Below, one piece after another: positions 8,539 through 18,078 of a stretch of DNA of 31,719 nucleotides (position 1 is the first letter of the stretch; the number at the start of each line of letters is the position of its first letter). The stretch is from Candidatus Levyibacteriota bacterium (GTDB taxonomy: Bacteria > Patescibacteriota > Microgenomatia > Levybacterales > GWA1-39-11), in NCBI GenBank assembly GCA_039809365.1, contig JBDHUV010000001.1:1-31719 (forward strand). The letters are read 5' to 3'. The position numbers and the translations under genes were made by a program. The notes under the pieces are model-generated. The model worked only from the letters and a program-made list of their open reading frames with translations. It did no database searches and had not been told where the DNA came from.

Positions 8539-8589
8539 TTGCATTTTTTACTCATTCATTCTAAACTGAGACTATACAACTGTACAGTT
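8539..8589 (+). promoter_or_regulatory. Promoter plus 12-bp palindrome before ORF 8591
   Basis: TTGCAT-N17-TAAACT (8539-8567); AACTGTACAGTT at 8578-8589. Confidence 0.5.
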
Positions 8590-8590
8590 T

Positions 8591-8821
8591 ATGAAAAAAA
8601 ATATTTTGCGAGATCTTCTCCGTAACCGCCGAATAAATTATACAGCAGATTATGATGATACTGCACAGACTTTAAGAAATCTAGAGTTTGCATGGGCAAA
8701 TATGCCTGATGATATTACTGATGAAGAGAGATATTTGTTTATTGAGTTAGTAGAGGACGTAGTGAAGTTATATAGTCGTCTTGATTCTTCTTCTTGTGCT
8801 ATAGACAGTGATAAAAACTAA
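8591..8821 (+). CDS. Hypothetical protein, 76 aa
   Basis: Fills a gap between minus-strand genes, has a plausible promoter and a natural-looking helical composition; no family recognised. Confidence 0.65.
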   Translation: MKKNILRDLLRNRRINYTADYDDTAQTLRNLEFAWANMPDDITDEERYLFIELVEDVVKLYSRLDSSSCAIDSDKN

Positions 8822-8855
8822 TACTACTTTTTTAAAAATACCCCTGGTTTAAGTA

Positions 8856-9833
8856 TTATTCTAATAATTCTTTCTCATCAGTATGTAATCTATTTGTTTC
8901 TGTGATTTTTTGTCCAAGTTTTCCAAAACCTGTTTGTACACTAATCATCATATTTGATGAGTTATGTAAATGTTTTGATAACGTCGAAAGATTCTCGTCA
9001 ACTTTTTGATATTCAATCTGGATAGACTTAAGATTTTGTAATATCTCATATGCTTTTTGACTAATTTTTTGTCCTTCAAAACTCATCATTATTGCGCGTA
9101 GATATGCATAGAATGTCATAGGAGAAACAGGAAGAACTTTCTTTTGAGAAGCATATTCATATAATGTGAGATTATTTACTATCTCGTAATAGACTGCTTC
9201 TGAAGGAATATACATAAGTGCATAGTCAATTGTTCCCTCTCCAGGGACAATATATTTTTTTCCAATACTTTCAATATGTTTTTTAACATCTGAGACAAAC
9301 TGTTTTTCTGCAGATATTTTTTGGGCACTCTCTTGTGCACTTTGCATTTTGCGATATCCTTCTAAAGGAAATTTAGAGTCTACAGGAATAATTCCTGCTT
9401 CTGTTTTAATAGCAGCATCTACTATGGTTCCATTTTTAAATGCATACTGCAGATGAAAAGAACTTTTAGGGAGCATCTGTCCAAGAAGTTCTTTTAAAAT
9501 TTGTTCCCCTATATTTCCTCTTAATTTTGGTGATCGTAAAAAATCTTGTAATTCTTTCATTGATCGTCCTATTTCAGACATTTGTCCAATTTCTTTTTGT
9601 ACACTTGAGATTACTCTTGTTGCATTATCTAGTCGTTCATTGAGTGCTTGTGAATTTTGCATGAGTGAAGTATTTACAGTTGAGGTACTCCGTTCCATAC
9701 TTTCCTGCATTGATTGAAGCCAGCTAACGAGATTTTGGTCAAGAGTATTTTGGGATAATTTTTTGTAGAGAATAAAAATTACTACAGAAAATCCAATGAC
9801 GATCGTGATGATAATAGGCAGGGTTGATTCCAT
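8856..9833 (-). CDS. rmuC: DNA recombination protein RmuC
   Basis: N-terminal TM, coiled coil, KLRGNIGEQIL, VDAAI, PVDSKFP, DYALMYIPSEAVY, PVSPMTF. Confidence 0.9.
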   Translation of the reverse strand: MESTLPIIITIVIGFSVVIFILYKKLSQNTLDQNLVSWLQSMQESMERSTSTVNTSLMQNSQALNERLDNATRVISSVQKEIGQMSEIGRSMKELQDFLRSPKLRGNIGEQILKELLGQMLPKSSFHLQYAFKNGTIVDAAIKTEAGIIPVDSKFPLEGYRKMQSAQESAQKISAEKQFVSDVKKHIESIGKKYIVPGEGTIDYALMYIPSEAVYYEIVNNLTLYEYASQKKVLPVSPMTFYAYLRAIMMSFEGQKISQKAYEILQNLKSIQIEYQKVDENLSTLSKHLHNSSNMMISVQTGFGKLGQKITETNRLHTDEKELLE

Positions 9834-9865
9834 GGTATGTATTGTATCACACTCAGGCTACTAGG

Positions 9866-10312
9866 TTATTTTGATGAGAAAAAAGGAAATGATTTTGCTT
9901 TTGCAACAACTGCCTGGATATACTCTGTTGTATCAAAATTTGTAACTTCATCAATATCTATCCATGAGAAATCTGTGTGTTCAGAGCTTAACTCTACAAT
10001 TTGGTTTTGTGATACAAGATCTACAAGATAAAAAATTTCTATATACTGGATTTCCTTTGTAGAACTTTTAAACTGATTTATGACGATCGGGAATAATGGA
10101 GTGATAGTAAGACCTGTTTCTTCTAAGATCTCTCTTTTTAAACTTTCCTCAGGATGCTCTCCGTATTCTCCTTTCCCTCCAGGAAACTGCCATTTATTTG
10201 GGAAACTATCATTCGGCGCTCTTTTTACAAGGAGTACTTTGTTTTCATGATTTCTGATGATTCCAGAAGTAACAATTATTGTTGTACCTGACATATCTGA
10301 GTATGATATCAC
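9866..10312 (-). CDS. NUDIX hydrolase (MutT-like)
   Basis: Nudix box FPGGKGEYGEHPEESLKREILEETGL; LSSEHTDFSW. Confidence 0.9.
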   Translation of the reverse strand: MISYSDMSGTTIIVTSGIIRNHENKVLLVKRAPNDSFPNKWQFPGGKGEYGEHPEESLKREILEETGLTITPLFPIVINQFKSSTKEIQYIEIFYLVDLVSQNQIVELSSEHTDFSWIDIDEVTNFDTTEYIQAVVAKAKSFPFFSSK

Positions 10313-10854
10313 CTGATATTATTTTTTTCTAGTACTTGATATAAAGCAATACCAAGAGAGACCATTACGTTCAGACTCGTATTGATACCTAATTGAGGAA
10401 GACTTACAATCATATCACTTGCATCAAGAGCTTCTTTACTGACTCCATGTGATTCATGTCCGACAATCAAAGCAATAGGAAGTGAGTACTCAACAGTGTC
10501 ATAAGGAATAGAGCGGGGATCAAGTTCTACAGAGACAATAGAGATATCTGGAACTTTAGATCTTAATTGCTCAACTGCAGTAAGCGCAGTTGGCTGATAC
10601 TCCCAATCAATCCATTGCCATGTAGATACAGATGCTTTTTTAATTCGAGAGTTTGGAGGTGTTTCTGTACCAGCACATAAATATACTTTTTTTGCCCCAA
10701 CAGCATCTGCGAGTCTAAATATTGCACCTACATTATATGTATCTAATACATCATCTAAAATAATATAAATGTCTTGTCTTTGTTTTTTTATTTTTTGGAG
10801 ATCTTCTTGGGTAGGTATGTACTCTCTTAATTGTTGTGCCACCAGTTTTTTCAT
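10309..10854 (-). CDS. TrmH/SpoU family RNA 2'-O-methyltransferase
   Basis: ILDDVLDTYNVGAIFR, IVGHESHGVS, SLNVMVSLGI (SPOUT motifs). Confidence 0.9.
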   Translation of the reverse strand: MKKLVAQQLREYIPTQEDLQKIKKQRQDIYIILDDVLDTYNVGAIFRLADAVGAKKVYLCAGTETPPNSRIKKASVSTWQWIDWEYQPTALTAVEQLRSKVPDISIVSVELDPRSIPYDTVEYSLPIALIVGHESHGVSKEALDASDMIVSLPQLGINTSLNVMVSLGIALYQVLEKNNIR

Positions 10855-10860
10855 AGTGTA

Positions 10861-12930
10861 TTAGTTAGTGTGTGTTTGTTCTTTTGTATTTTCTTGCACA
10901 GAAGTATTTTCAACTTTCTTAGCTCCTTGTGCTTCTAAATCTTCCTTTTTCCATACTGCAAAATCACAGTTTGGATAGTTTCCACAACCAAAGAAAGTAC
11001 GTCCACGTTTTGTTTTTTTCATAATCACTTTTCCTTCATCTTTTGGACACAGATACTCAGTCTCTATTTGATAGGACCTTTTATATGTACAATCAGGAAA
11101 TCTGTTGCATGCATAAAACTTCCCAAATTTACTTCTTCTTAATACAATATCTCCCTCTTTACATACTGGACATTTTTCTCCTGTTGTTTCTTCTTCTACT
11201 TCTATTTTTTCTACATCTTGTACTTTTTCAATATCTTGTGCAAATGGTTCATAAAACTCTTTGAGTAACTCTGTCCATTCATGAGAACCGTTTGCTACAT
11301 CGTCTAATTTGTCCTCCATACGAGAAGTAAAAGGAATATCGTCAATATTTGGGAAATGGAGTACTAAAAATTGAGTTACTGCAACTCCTACAGAAGTGGG
11401 AACAAATCTATTTTCAATTTTCTCAATATATCCTCTATCTGTGATAGTAGAGATTATCGGTGCATACGTAGATGGTCTTCCAATTCCGTGTTTTTCAAGT
11501 GATGAAATAAGAGATGCTTCATTGTATCTTGGTGGAGGAGTAGAGTTATGATCGGTAATTTTAGTTCTCCCATAATTCAGTTTTTCTCCAACAGTGAGTG
11601 GCGGGAGCATATTTTCCTCTTCTTCAAAATACCAAAGTTTTAAGAACCCTGGAAATTTGAGTACTCTTCCATTTGTCTCAAATAAATATGTTTTTTCTTT
11701 TGTTGTTTCTACTTGAACTTTTGTTGATGCATATAACGCCTCTGCCATCTGTGTTGCTACTGCGCGTTTATAGATGAGTCCGTATAATTTTGCAAAGTCT
11801 CTCCCAAGAGTACTTGTAACTTCTGTTGTTTTATCTACTGCAGACGTTGGTCTGATTGCTTCGTGTGCTTCTTGAGCCATTTTGGATTTTGTTTTATACA
11901 CTCTTGTCTCAGTAGATAAAAATTCTTTCCCAAATGTTTTTTCAATAAATGATCTACTTGATGTAATAAAACTCTGAGATAAATTAAAAGAGTCTGTTCT
12001 ATGATAGGTAATAAATCCTTCTTCATAGAGACGTTGTGCAATACTCATCGTTCGTTTACTTGAGTATCCAAGTCTTCTATATGCTTCTTGTGTCAAAGTA
12101 GAAGTAGTAAATGGTGGATATGGAGATCTTTTTGTGTCCTTTTGAATAATATCTTTAACTGCATATGTTCCTGATTCAAGGTCTTTTTTAATCGTCTCAA
12201 TATCATTTTTTGTCAGTATGTTAAACGAATATTTATACTCTCCATCATACAGAGTAATCTTTTCAGATTTCTCAATTTTTTCTCCGTCAATTGAGATTAA
12301 TTCAAACTCAATAGGGGTAGTATCATTTTTTTGAGTAAGATCAACGTATATCCTATGATATTCTTTTGATTTAAATTTTTTAATTTCATCTTCTCTTTCT
12401 ACAATAAGTCTGAGTGCAATTGACTGTACTCTTCCTGCAGATAGTTTCCTTTTGACTTTTTTCCATAACACCGGAGAAAGTTTGTACCCTACAATTCTGT
12501 CAAGAATTCTTCGTGCAGTTTGTGCAGCTACAAGATTATTATCTATTGATCGAGGGTGATTCAGCGCATCTTGGATTGCTTCTTTTGTTATTTCATGGAA
12601 TACAATTCTTTTGAAATTTCTTTTGTTTTTATTTGTATCGAGAATTTCTTTGAGATGAAACGCGATAGCTTCACCTTCTCTATCAGGGTCTGTTGCAAGT
12701 AAAACCATGTCTGCATTTTTAACAGTACGTTTTAATGACTCTACAGTTTTTCTTTTTTCTTTGGGGATAACATATTTTGGAGAAAAATTATTTTCAATCT
12801 CAACTCCTAAGTTCCCTTTTGGAAGATCACGGATATGACCAAGGGATGCTTCAATATCATATTTCCCTTTTAAAAATCTGTTTAATGTTTTTGCTTTTGT
12901 TGGTGATTCAACTAATATTACTGTCTTCAT
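10861..12930 (-). CDS. topA: DNA topoisomerase I with C-terminal Zn ribbons
   Basis: VESPTKAKT, GHIRDLP, LATDPDREGEAIA, SAGRVQS, LYEEGFITYHRTD, AHEAIRPT, GIGRPST, C4 zinc fingers. Confidence 0.97.
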   Translation of the reverse strand: MKTVILVESPTKAKTLNRFLKGKYDIEASLGHIRDLPKGNLGVEIENNFSPKYVIPKEKRKTVESLKRTVKNADMVLLATDPDREGEAIAFHLKEILDTNKNKRNFKRIVFHEITKEAIQDALNHPRSIDNNLVAAQTARRILDRIVGYKLSPVLWKKVKRKLSAGRVQSIALRLIVEREDEIKKFKSKEYHRIYVDLTQKNDTTPIEFELISIDGEKIEKSEKITLYDGEYKYSFNILTKNDIETIKKDLESGTYAVKDIIQKDTKRSPYPPFTTSTLTQEAYRRLGYSSKRTMSIAQRLYEEGFITYHRTDSFNLSQSFITSSRSFIEKTFGKEFLSTETRVYKTKSKMAQEAHEAIRPTSAVDKTTEVTSTLGRDFAKLYGLIYKRAVATQMAEALYASTKVQVETTKEKTYLFETNGRVLKFPGFLKLWYFEEEENMLPPLTVGEKLNYGRTKITDHNSTPPPRYNEASLISSLEKHGIGRPSTYAPIISTITDRGYIEKIENRFVPTSVGVAVTQFLVLHFPNIDDIPFTSRMEDKLDDVANGSHEWTELLKEFYEPFAQDIEKVQDVEKIEVEEETTGEKCPVCKEGDIVLRRSKFGKFYACNRFPDCTYKRSYQIETEYLCPKDEGKVIMKKTKRGRTFFGCGNYPNCDFAVWKKEDLEAQGAKKVENTSVQENTKEQTHTN

Positions 12931-12976
12931 AATGAGAGTTTAGTATAACAAGTAATCGAGTGTTACACAAAGAGGC

Positions 12977-13005
12977 ATTCTATACTATAGGTAAAGTCTT
13001 GTCAA
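12977..13005 (-). promoter_or_regulatory. Sigma70-type promoter for topA
   Basis: TTGACA-N17-TAGAAT on the minus strand, next to the tsaD stop. Confidence 0.75.
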
Positions 13006-14079
13006 TTATACGAGGTATAAATTAGGCTTGGCCTGAATGCTTTTTAAAGGTTTTGCGTGCATGTTATATGCTGCATATGCACCGATCATACTTGCATTAT
13101 CTGTAGTAAATTGTTTCTCAGGATACATGACTTGTATATTAAAATCTGAAGCTTTTTTTTGGAAATAATCTCTCAGGGCTTGGTTTGCACTGACTCCCCC
13201 TCCAAGTACTATATAACTACAGTTATATTTTTCTGCGGCATGAACTGTTTTATAGACAAGAACATCTACAATTGCATCTTGTACTGCATAACATATTTCT
13301 GAGATAAGTTCTGGAGTTAATGTAGATTGAGAGCGAATAAATCGTGCTGCTTCTGTTTTCAAACCAGAAAATGAGAAATCAAATGTTTCAAGAGATTTTA
13401 ACGGTCTTGAAAACTTAATATCTTTCTTTTTTGCAAGTTGTGAAAGTTTTTCAATTTGTGGTCCAGCTGGATAGGAAAGATTGAGTAATCTCCCAATTTT
13501 ATCTAATGCTTCTCCTGCTGCGTCGTCTCTTGTTCCTCCAATCCATGTATAATCCCCATGATTCTTAAATAGCAATAGATCGGTATGTCCTCCTGATACT
13601 ATTAAACCGATAAAAGGAAACTGTATTTGTTGGGTCTCTTTTTCATCTGATGTTGTTATCCAATTTGCATAAATATGTGCGAGAAGATGGTTTACTGGGA
13701 TAAGTGGCTTATCATATACAAGTGCAAGTGCTTTTGCAGACTCTACTCCTATAAGTAATGATCCTATGAGTCCAGGTCCTTGAGTAACAGCTATGGCATC
13801 GATAGATTTGGAAAGAATGTCCATTCCTTTTTTGTAATTCTCAGGAGTATGAGAAAAGGTTTTTCCTTCAGATTCAAGAAGTGCTTTAGAAATGATGGGG
13901 AAGATATACTCGAGTTGGGCTCGGGCTGCTTGTTCTGGTATTATCCCTCCAGTTAATGCGTGTAAATCACTTGAGGATGCAAGTGCAGAACCAAGAATTG
14001 TCGGATACGTAGTATCATTTTTTTGGACAACAGCAGCACTGGTTTCGTCACAACTCGTTTCAATACTGAGAATCTTCAT
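13006..14079 (-). CDS. tsaD: tRNA N6-threonylcarbamoyltransferase TsaD
   Basis: ILSIETSCDETSAAV, GGIIPEQAAR, VTQGPGLIGSL, VNHLLAH, VSGGHT, DDAAGEALDK, FSFSGLKT, TDNASMI. Confidence 0.95.
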   Translation of the reverse strand: MKILSIETSCDETSAAVVQKNDTTYPTILGSALASSSDLHALTGGIIPEQAARAQLEYIFPIISKALLESEGKTFSHTPENYKKGMDILSKSIDAIAVTQGPGLIGSLLIGVESAKALALVYDKPLIPVNHLLAHIYANWITTSDEKETQQIQFPFIGLIVSGGHTDLLLFKNHGDYTWIGGTRDDAAGEALDKIGRLLNLSYPAGPQIEKLSQLAKKKDIKFSRPLKSLETFDFSFSGLKTEAARFIRSQSTLTPELISEICYAVQDAIVDVLVYKTVHAAEKYNCSYIVLGGGVSANQALRDYFQKKASDFNIQVMYPEKQFTTDNASMIGAYAAYNMHAKPLKSIQAKPNLYLV

Positions 14080-14090
14080 GGAGCAAAAGG

Positions 14091-14564
14091 TTAATTAATA
14101 TTTTCAAATGTAATTGTTGAACCTTCGTTAATTTTGAGTTCATCTGCAGTGCCTGCATTTACTTCCAGTACATAATTTGCAGGAGCTTTTGGAGTATACA
14201 CAGGAGGATTGATTTCATCCTCTTTTGCTGGTTGTACATTTTTCTTTATATCTACTACTTTATTCCCATCAAGAAAAATGATGTCTAAAGGAAAATTGAC
14301 TTTTCTCATCCAGAATCCGTACGTATCTTTTTTATCAAACACAAAGAGCATACCTGAATTTTTTTTAAGTGATCTCCTATCTGAAAGTCCTTGCATACGA
14401 GTTTTTTCATCTTTTGCAAGTAAAAGATGAATTTCTTGACCATTTACCTGAGCACGTGCTTGTGAGATAAAAGGAAGAGTAAAGTTAAACGCAGTAATTC
14501 TCCAAATAATTAGCGCAATAACTATAACAACAAGTACTCCGTAGACAATAAAAATCTTTTTCAT
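14091..14564 (-). CDS. DUF192 family protein with N-terminal TM
   Basis: RMQGLSDR, GMLFVF, FWMRKVNFPLDIIF, YVLEVNAG. Confidence 0.9.
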   Translation of the reverse strand: MKKIFIVYGVLVVIVIALIIWRITAFNFTLPFISQARAQVNGQEIHLLLAKDEKTRMQGLSDRRSLKKNSGMLFVFDKKDTYGFWMRKVNFPLDIIFLDGNKVVDIKKNVQPAKEDEINPPVYTPKAPANYVLEVNAGTADELKINEGSTITFENIN

Positions 14565-14593
14565 ATATGGTTGGTATTGTACCGCATTATAGG

Positions 14594-15064
14594 TTAAATA
14601 TTCAACTCTTTTATGATCTGGGATGATGCGTGTGCATCAATTCTTTCTGTAACTTCTACGACTGATGCATTTATCTTTTCTGCTTGAGGTCGTATATATT
14701 GAATGACAGGATCATCTTTTGTTACTGCAAAAAAAGTTGGCTTGAGTGCATACACAAGATCTTCATACTCTTTATTGGTACTGAAAAATGGAAGTGGGAT
14801 AACATAATCAATTATAGTCAGATGAGAGAGAATATATACTCTGTCTTTTTGAGTATGTATCGGTCTTTTTTCTCCTTTCATAGACTTAATTTTTTCATCA
14901 CTCTCAACGAATACAACAAGAGCACCTCCTATTTTTTTTGCGTGTGAAAGAAATGAAATGTGTCCTGGATGCAGAACATCAAAACATCCTCCTGCAAGAA
15001 TGATTGGATCTGGGATTTTTTTTATTTCGTGAATTGCTGATTCTATTGTTAAGATCTGTGCCAT
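14594..15064 (-). CDS. Cytidylyl/adenylyltransferase family protein (RfaE-C/TagD-like)
   Basis: GGCFDVLHPGH (HxGH), ESD, KGEKRPIH, DRVYIL. Confidence 0.85.
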   Translation of the reverse strand: MAQILTIESAIHEIKKIPDPIILAGGCFDVLHPGHISFLSHAKKIGGALVVFVESDEKIKSMKGEKRPIHTQKDRVYILSHLTIIDYVIPLPFFSTNKEYEDLVYALKPTFFAVTKDDPVIQYIRPQAEKINASVVEVTERIDAHASSQIIKELNI

Positions 15065-15082
15065 TATCTCAATCTATGTTTT

Positions 15083-16507
15083 TTATCCTTCTTTTGTTCC
15101 TTTGAGGTATACAGCTCCCCATGGTCTATATCTGGTAGTATATTCATCTGAGATGTAAACTTTACCATCTTTCATAACTGTTCGGCTAAAACTAACGACT
15201 GCTCCTGCAGCTGCATACTCTACTTGTTTGATTGTATCTTTAGGAAGAGATGGATCATCTTGATATACAGGAGCAGGAGGTGGTGTTTGGGAACTAACTA
15301 CAGGGTTTGTGATAGATACTTGTCGTCCATCTTTTGTTCCATATATGGTGAAAGTGAGAGTCATTGTTGATGGATCAACATAGGACTGAATTAAAATATG
15401 ATGTTTTGTGTCATTTTTAAATTTAAAATCAACAGTAGGAACATAAATTGTTGCATCAAATCCAGGTGCTGATTGTTGTTCGTAATATCCTACTCGATAT
15501 GCGTGTCCATATCTCTCTACAATAGGAAGTCCAGCATTGAGAACAGAGCGGAAGAGAGTGGTAGATACTTGGCAAACTCCACCTCCATCACCCAGTACTG
15601 TTTTCCCTCCAGAGATAACATATGCTTCTTTATATCCTGTATATCTGGATATGTCCCCGATAGATTTATTAAAAGAAAAAACTTCATTTGGAGCAACAAG
15701 AATTCCATTAATTTTTGAAGCAGCAAGTGCAATGTTATGAACTCTATTAGGAATAGATCCAACAAAATGTGACTCACCTGTACTTATTACTTCAACAATG
15801 CCAAGATTGTTTGCTTTTTCTGTAGAGACTTCAGGTTTTAAAACAGTAACAGGAATTGAAAGCACAATATTTTTTTCTGTTGTTCCAGCAACAATTTTGT
15901 GTACATACGTGTCTAACGTTTTATTAAGTTTTTCATAATCAATTTTTTGGCCATCTTTTGATTGTTGAAATGCAGTAACTCTATTGTTCTCTACCGTAAA
16001 TAGAGCATCAACAGGTTCTACCGTAATTTTTTTGTCGATATCGGTAAGCTTCTCTTTTATTTTTTCTGGGTCTGATGTGTATGATGGTTTGAGATTTAAT
16101 CCGTTTAAATATGAGTCTACAATAATTGCCATATCGCTTAAGATATTAGAGTTTTTCCCAATCGACATTGCTTGGTCTGTAATAAGTTCAGTATCGTATC
16201 CAATATTCAAGTCTTGGGCAGAAACTGTTGCGATGTTATTTTCATGAGAAAGGGTAAAAAATACTTGATTAATTTTTTCATTTTTTTCGTCAAAAATCTT
16301 TTTTACTTGTTCTTGGGACATTTCCCCCACATAGGTACTTCCTACAAAAACTCCTGGAATTACTTTATCCTCGTATGTTTTTTGGAAATAGATAATGATA
16401 ATACTTGCAAGTGTAAGTGCAGCAATACAGAATCCTGTAAGAAACCAAAAAGAGGGGACAAGTATTGAAAGTGGTTTTTTGGGGAAAGACAACTTTGGAA
16501 ATTTCAT
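15083..16507 (-). CDS. VanW family membrane-anchored protein
   Basis: N-terminal TM; RVHNIALAA, FSFN, GGGVCQVSTTLF, GLPIVERYGH, DATIY, DFKFKND. Confidence 0.9.
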   Translation of the reverse strand: MKFPKLSFPKKPLSILVPSFWFLTGFCIAALTLASIIIIYFQKTYEDKVIPGVFVGSTYVGEMSQEQVKKIFDEKNEKINQVFFTLSHENNIATVSAQDLNIGYDTELITDQAMSIGKNSNILSDMAIIVDSYLNGLNLKPSYTSDPEKIKEKLTDIDKKITVEPVDALFTVENNRVTAFQQSKDGQKIDYEKLNKTLDTYVHKIVAGTTEKNIVLSIPVTVLKPEVSTEKANNLGIVEVISTGESHFVGSIPNRVHNIALAASKINGILVAPNEVFSFNKSIGDISRYTGYKEAYVISGGKTVLGDGGGVCQVSTTLFRSVLNAGLPIVERYGHAYRVGYYEQQSAPGFDATIYVPTVDFKFKNDTKHHILIQSYVDPSTMTLTFTIYGTKDGRQVSITNPVVSSQTPPPAPVYQDDPSLPKDTIKQVEYAAAGAVVSFSRTVMKDGKVYISDEYTTRYRPWGAVYLKGTKEG

Positions 16508-16566
16508 AGCTTTTTACTTATATTATTATTATACTATTTGTATATACAAAGAAAGTACTAGTTATT

Positions 16567-18078
16567 ATGCAACCAGAGACAACTAATTTAAACCCAGGTG
16601 TTACAGAGCAAGTTACTCCACCACCTCAAGCGGTACCTCCAATACAACCTCCTCCAGCACAACCACCAGTAGATTCTGGAGCCGTCTATGGAGGAGGCAT
16701 GGGTTCCAAGAAAAAAATAATTGGAATAATTGCAGGAATTATTGGTGTCCTATTACTAACAATTATTTTGTTTTTTGCATTTTTTAGAAAATCTGGAGAA
16801 GGGAATGCAGAAATTACATACTGGGGAATATGGGAAAATGAAGCTGTTTTTCAAGAAATTATTCAGGATTTTGAGAAAGAATATCCAAATATAAAAGTGA
16901 AATATGAAAATAGAGCAGATATTAAAGATGTTCCTGGTGGATATATTGCTTTTCTAAAAACAAGAATAAACGAAGGTACAGGTCCTGATATTTTCCGTTT
17001 TCATAATAGCTGGACATCTCTTCTTTCTTCTCATCTTGCACCCCTCCCTTCTTCAATACAAAAAGAAGTAGATATAGAGAAAAATTATTATCCAGTGATT
17101 AACTCGGACATGGAAGTGAATGGAGCATACTATGGAGTGCCTATCGGATATGATTCCTTAGTGATGTATGTCAATGACGATATCTTATCTGCTGGTGGAT
17201 ACTCAGTTCCACACGATTGGCTATCTTTTATGGATGTTGCTCGAGCTCTTACCGTGATTGATGAACAAACTGGTGAGATTAAAACGTCAGGTGCTTCACT
17301 AGGTACTTATGATAATGTAGATCATGCTGCAGATATACTCTCCTTACTGTCTGTACAAAGTAGTATTGATATGACTTCTCTTGCAGGAGTAAATGCGAGT
17401 ACAGACGAACAAGCTGAGCAAAAGACTACTCTTGCAAAGAACAAAATGGTAGGAGTTCTTGATTTCTATACGTGTTTTGCAGTTGAGTCAGATATCTGTA
17501 CCCCAATCTGGAACAATAGTATGCCAAACTCAAAACTTGCGTTTGTGCAAGGGAAGGTTGCATTCTACTTTGGATATTCTTGGGATATACTGGAGATTAA
17601 TCACGCAAATCCAAACTTTAAGTTCTCAGTACATCCTGTCCCACAGTATGATTCATCTGCACAGGGAAAAGCAACACTGGCGGGATACTGGGCAGAGGGA
17701 GTCTCTATAAAATCAAAAGCACAAGCACAGTCTTTTCAATTCTTAGAATTTTTAAGCAGAAAAGAAAATATGGAGAAGTTGTTTAAAGCACAGTCTGCTC
17801 AACGTCCAATTGCGGTTGCATATCCAAGAAAAGATATGGGAGATCTTCTTAAAAATAACCCGTATTTAGCAGCGGTGGTGAATCAAGCTCCTACAGCTAA
17901 ATCATCTCTTTTTTATTCAGACACATATGGTGGAGGAGAAATAGCAAGAATGGATGTGTATTTAGGAAACGCAGTTCGTGCAGTACAGGCAGGGGAATCT
18001 AGTTCTAAAACAGCAGTAGATAAGCTGGCAGAAGGACTGTATTCAATATTTGTACCAACTCCAGATGAAAGTAAATAA
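16567..18078 (+). CDS. Extracellular solute-binding protein (sugar ABC-type, SBP family 1), membrane anchored
   Basis: Pro-rich N-terminus, TM helix, ITYWG, GPDIF, YGVPIGYD...MYVN, AFVQGKVAFYFG. Confidence 0.85.
   Translation: MQPETTNLNPGVTEQVTPPPQAVPPIQPPPAQPPVDSGAVYGGGMGSKKKIIGIIAGIIGVLLLTIILFFAFFRKSGEGNAEITYWGIWENEAVFQEIIQDFEKEYPNIKVKYENRADIKDVPGGYIAFLKTRINEGTGPDIFRFHNSWTSLLSSHLAPLPSSIQKEVDIEKNYYPVINSDMEVNGAYYGVPIGYDSLVMYVNDDILSAGGYSVPHDWLSFMDVARALTVIDEQTGEIKTSGASLGTYDNVDHAADILSLLSVQSSIDMTSLAGVNASTDEQAEQKTTLAKNKMVGVLDFYTCFAVESDICTPIWNNSMPNSKLAFVQGKVAFYFGYSWDILEINHANPNFKFSVHPVPQYDSSAQGKATLAGYWAEGVSIKSKAQAQSFQFLEFLSRKENMEKLFKAQSAQRPIAVAYPRKDMGDLLKNNPYLAAVVNQAPTAKSSLFYSDTYGGGEIARMDVYLGNAVRAVQAGESSSKTAVDKLAEGLYSIFVPTPDESK

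Noticed and set aside
8368-8590. oriC or dif site at the strand switch
   Set aside because: No TTATCCACA DnaA boxes, and the palindrome does not resemble XerC/D arms
8508-8624. Short upstream ORF overlapping the start of ORF 8591
   Set aside because: No RBS or recognisable content; expected by chance in AT-rich DNA
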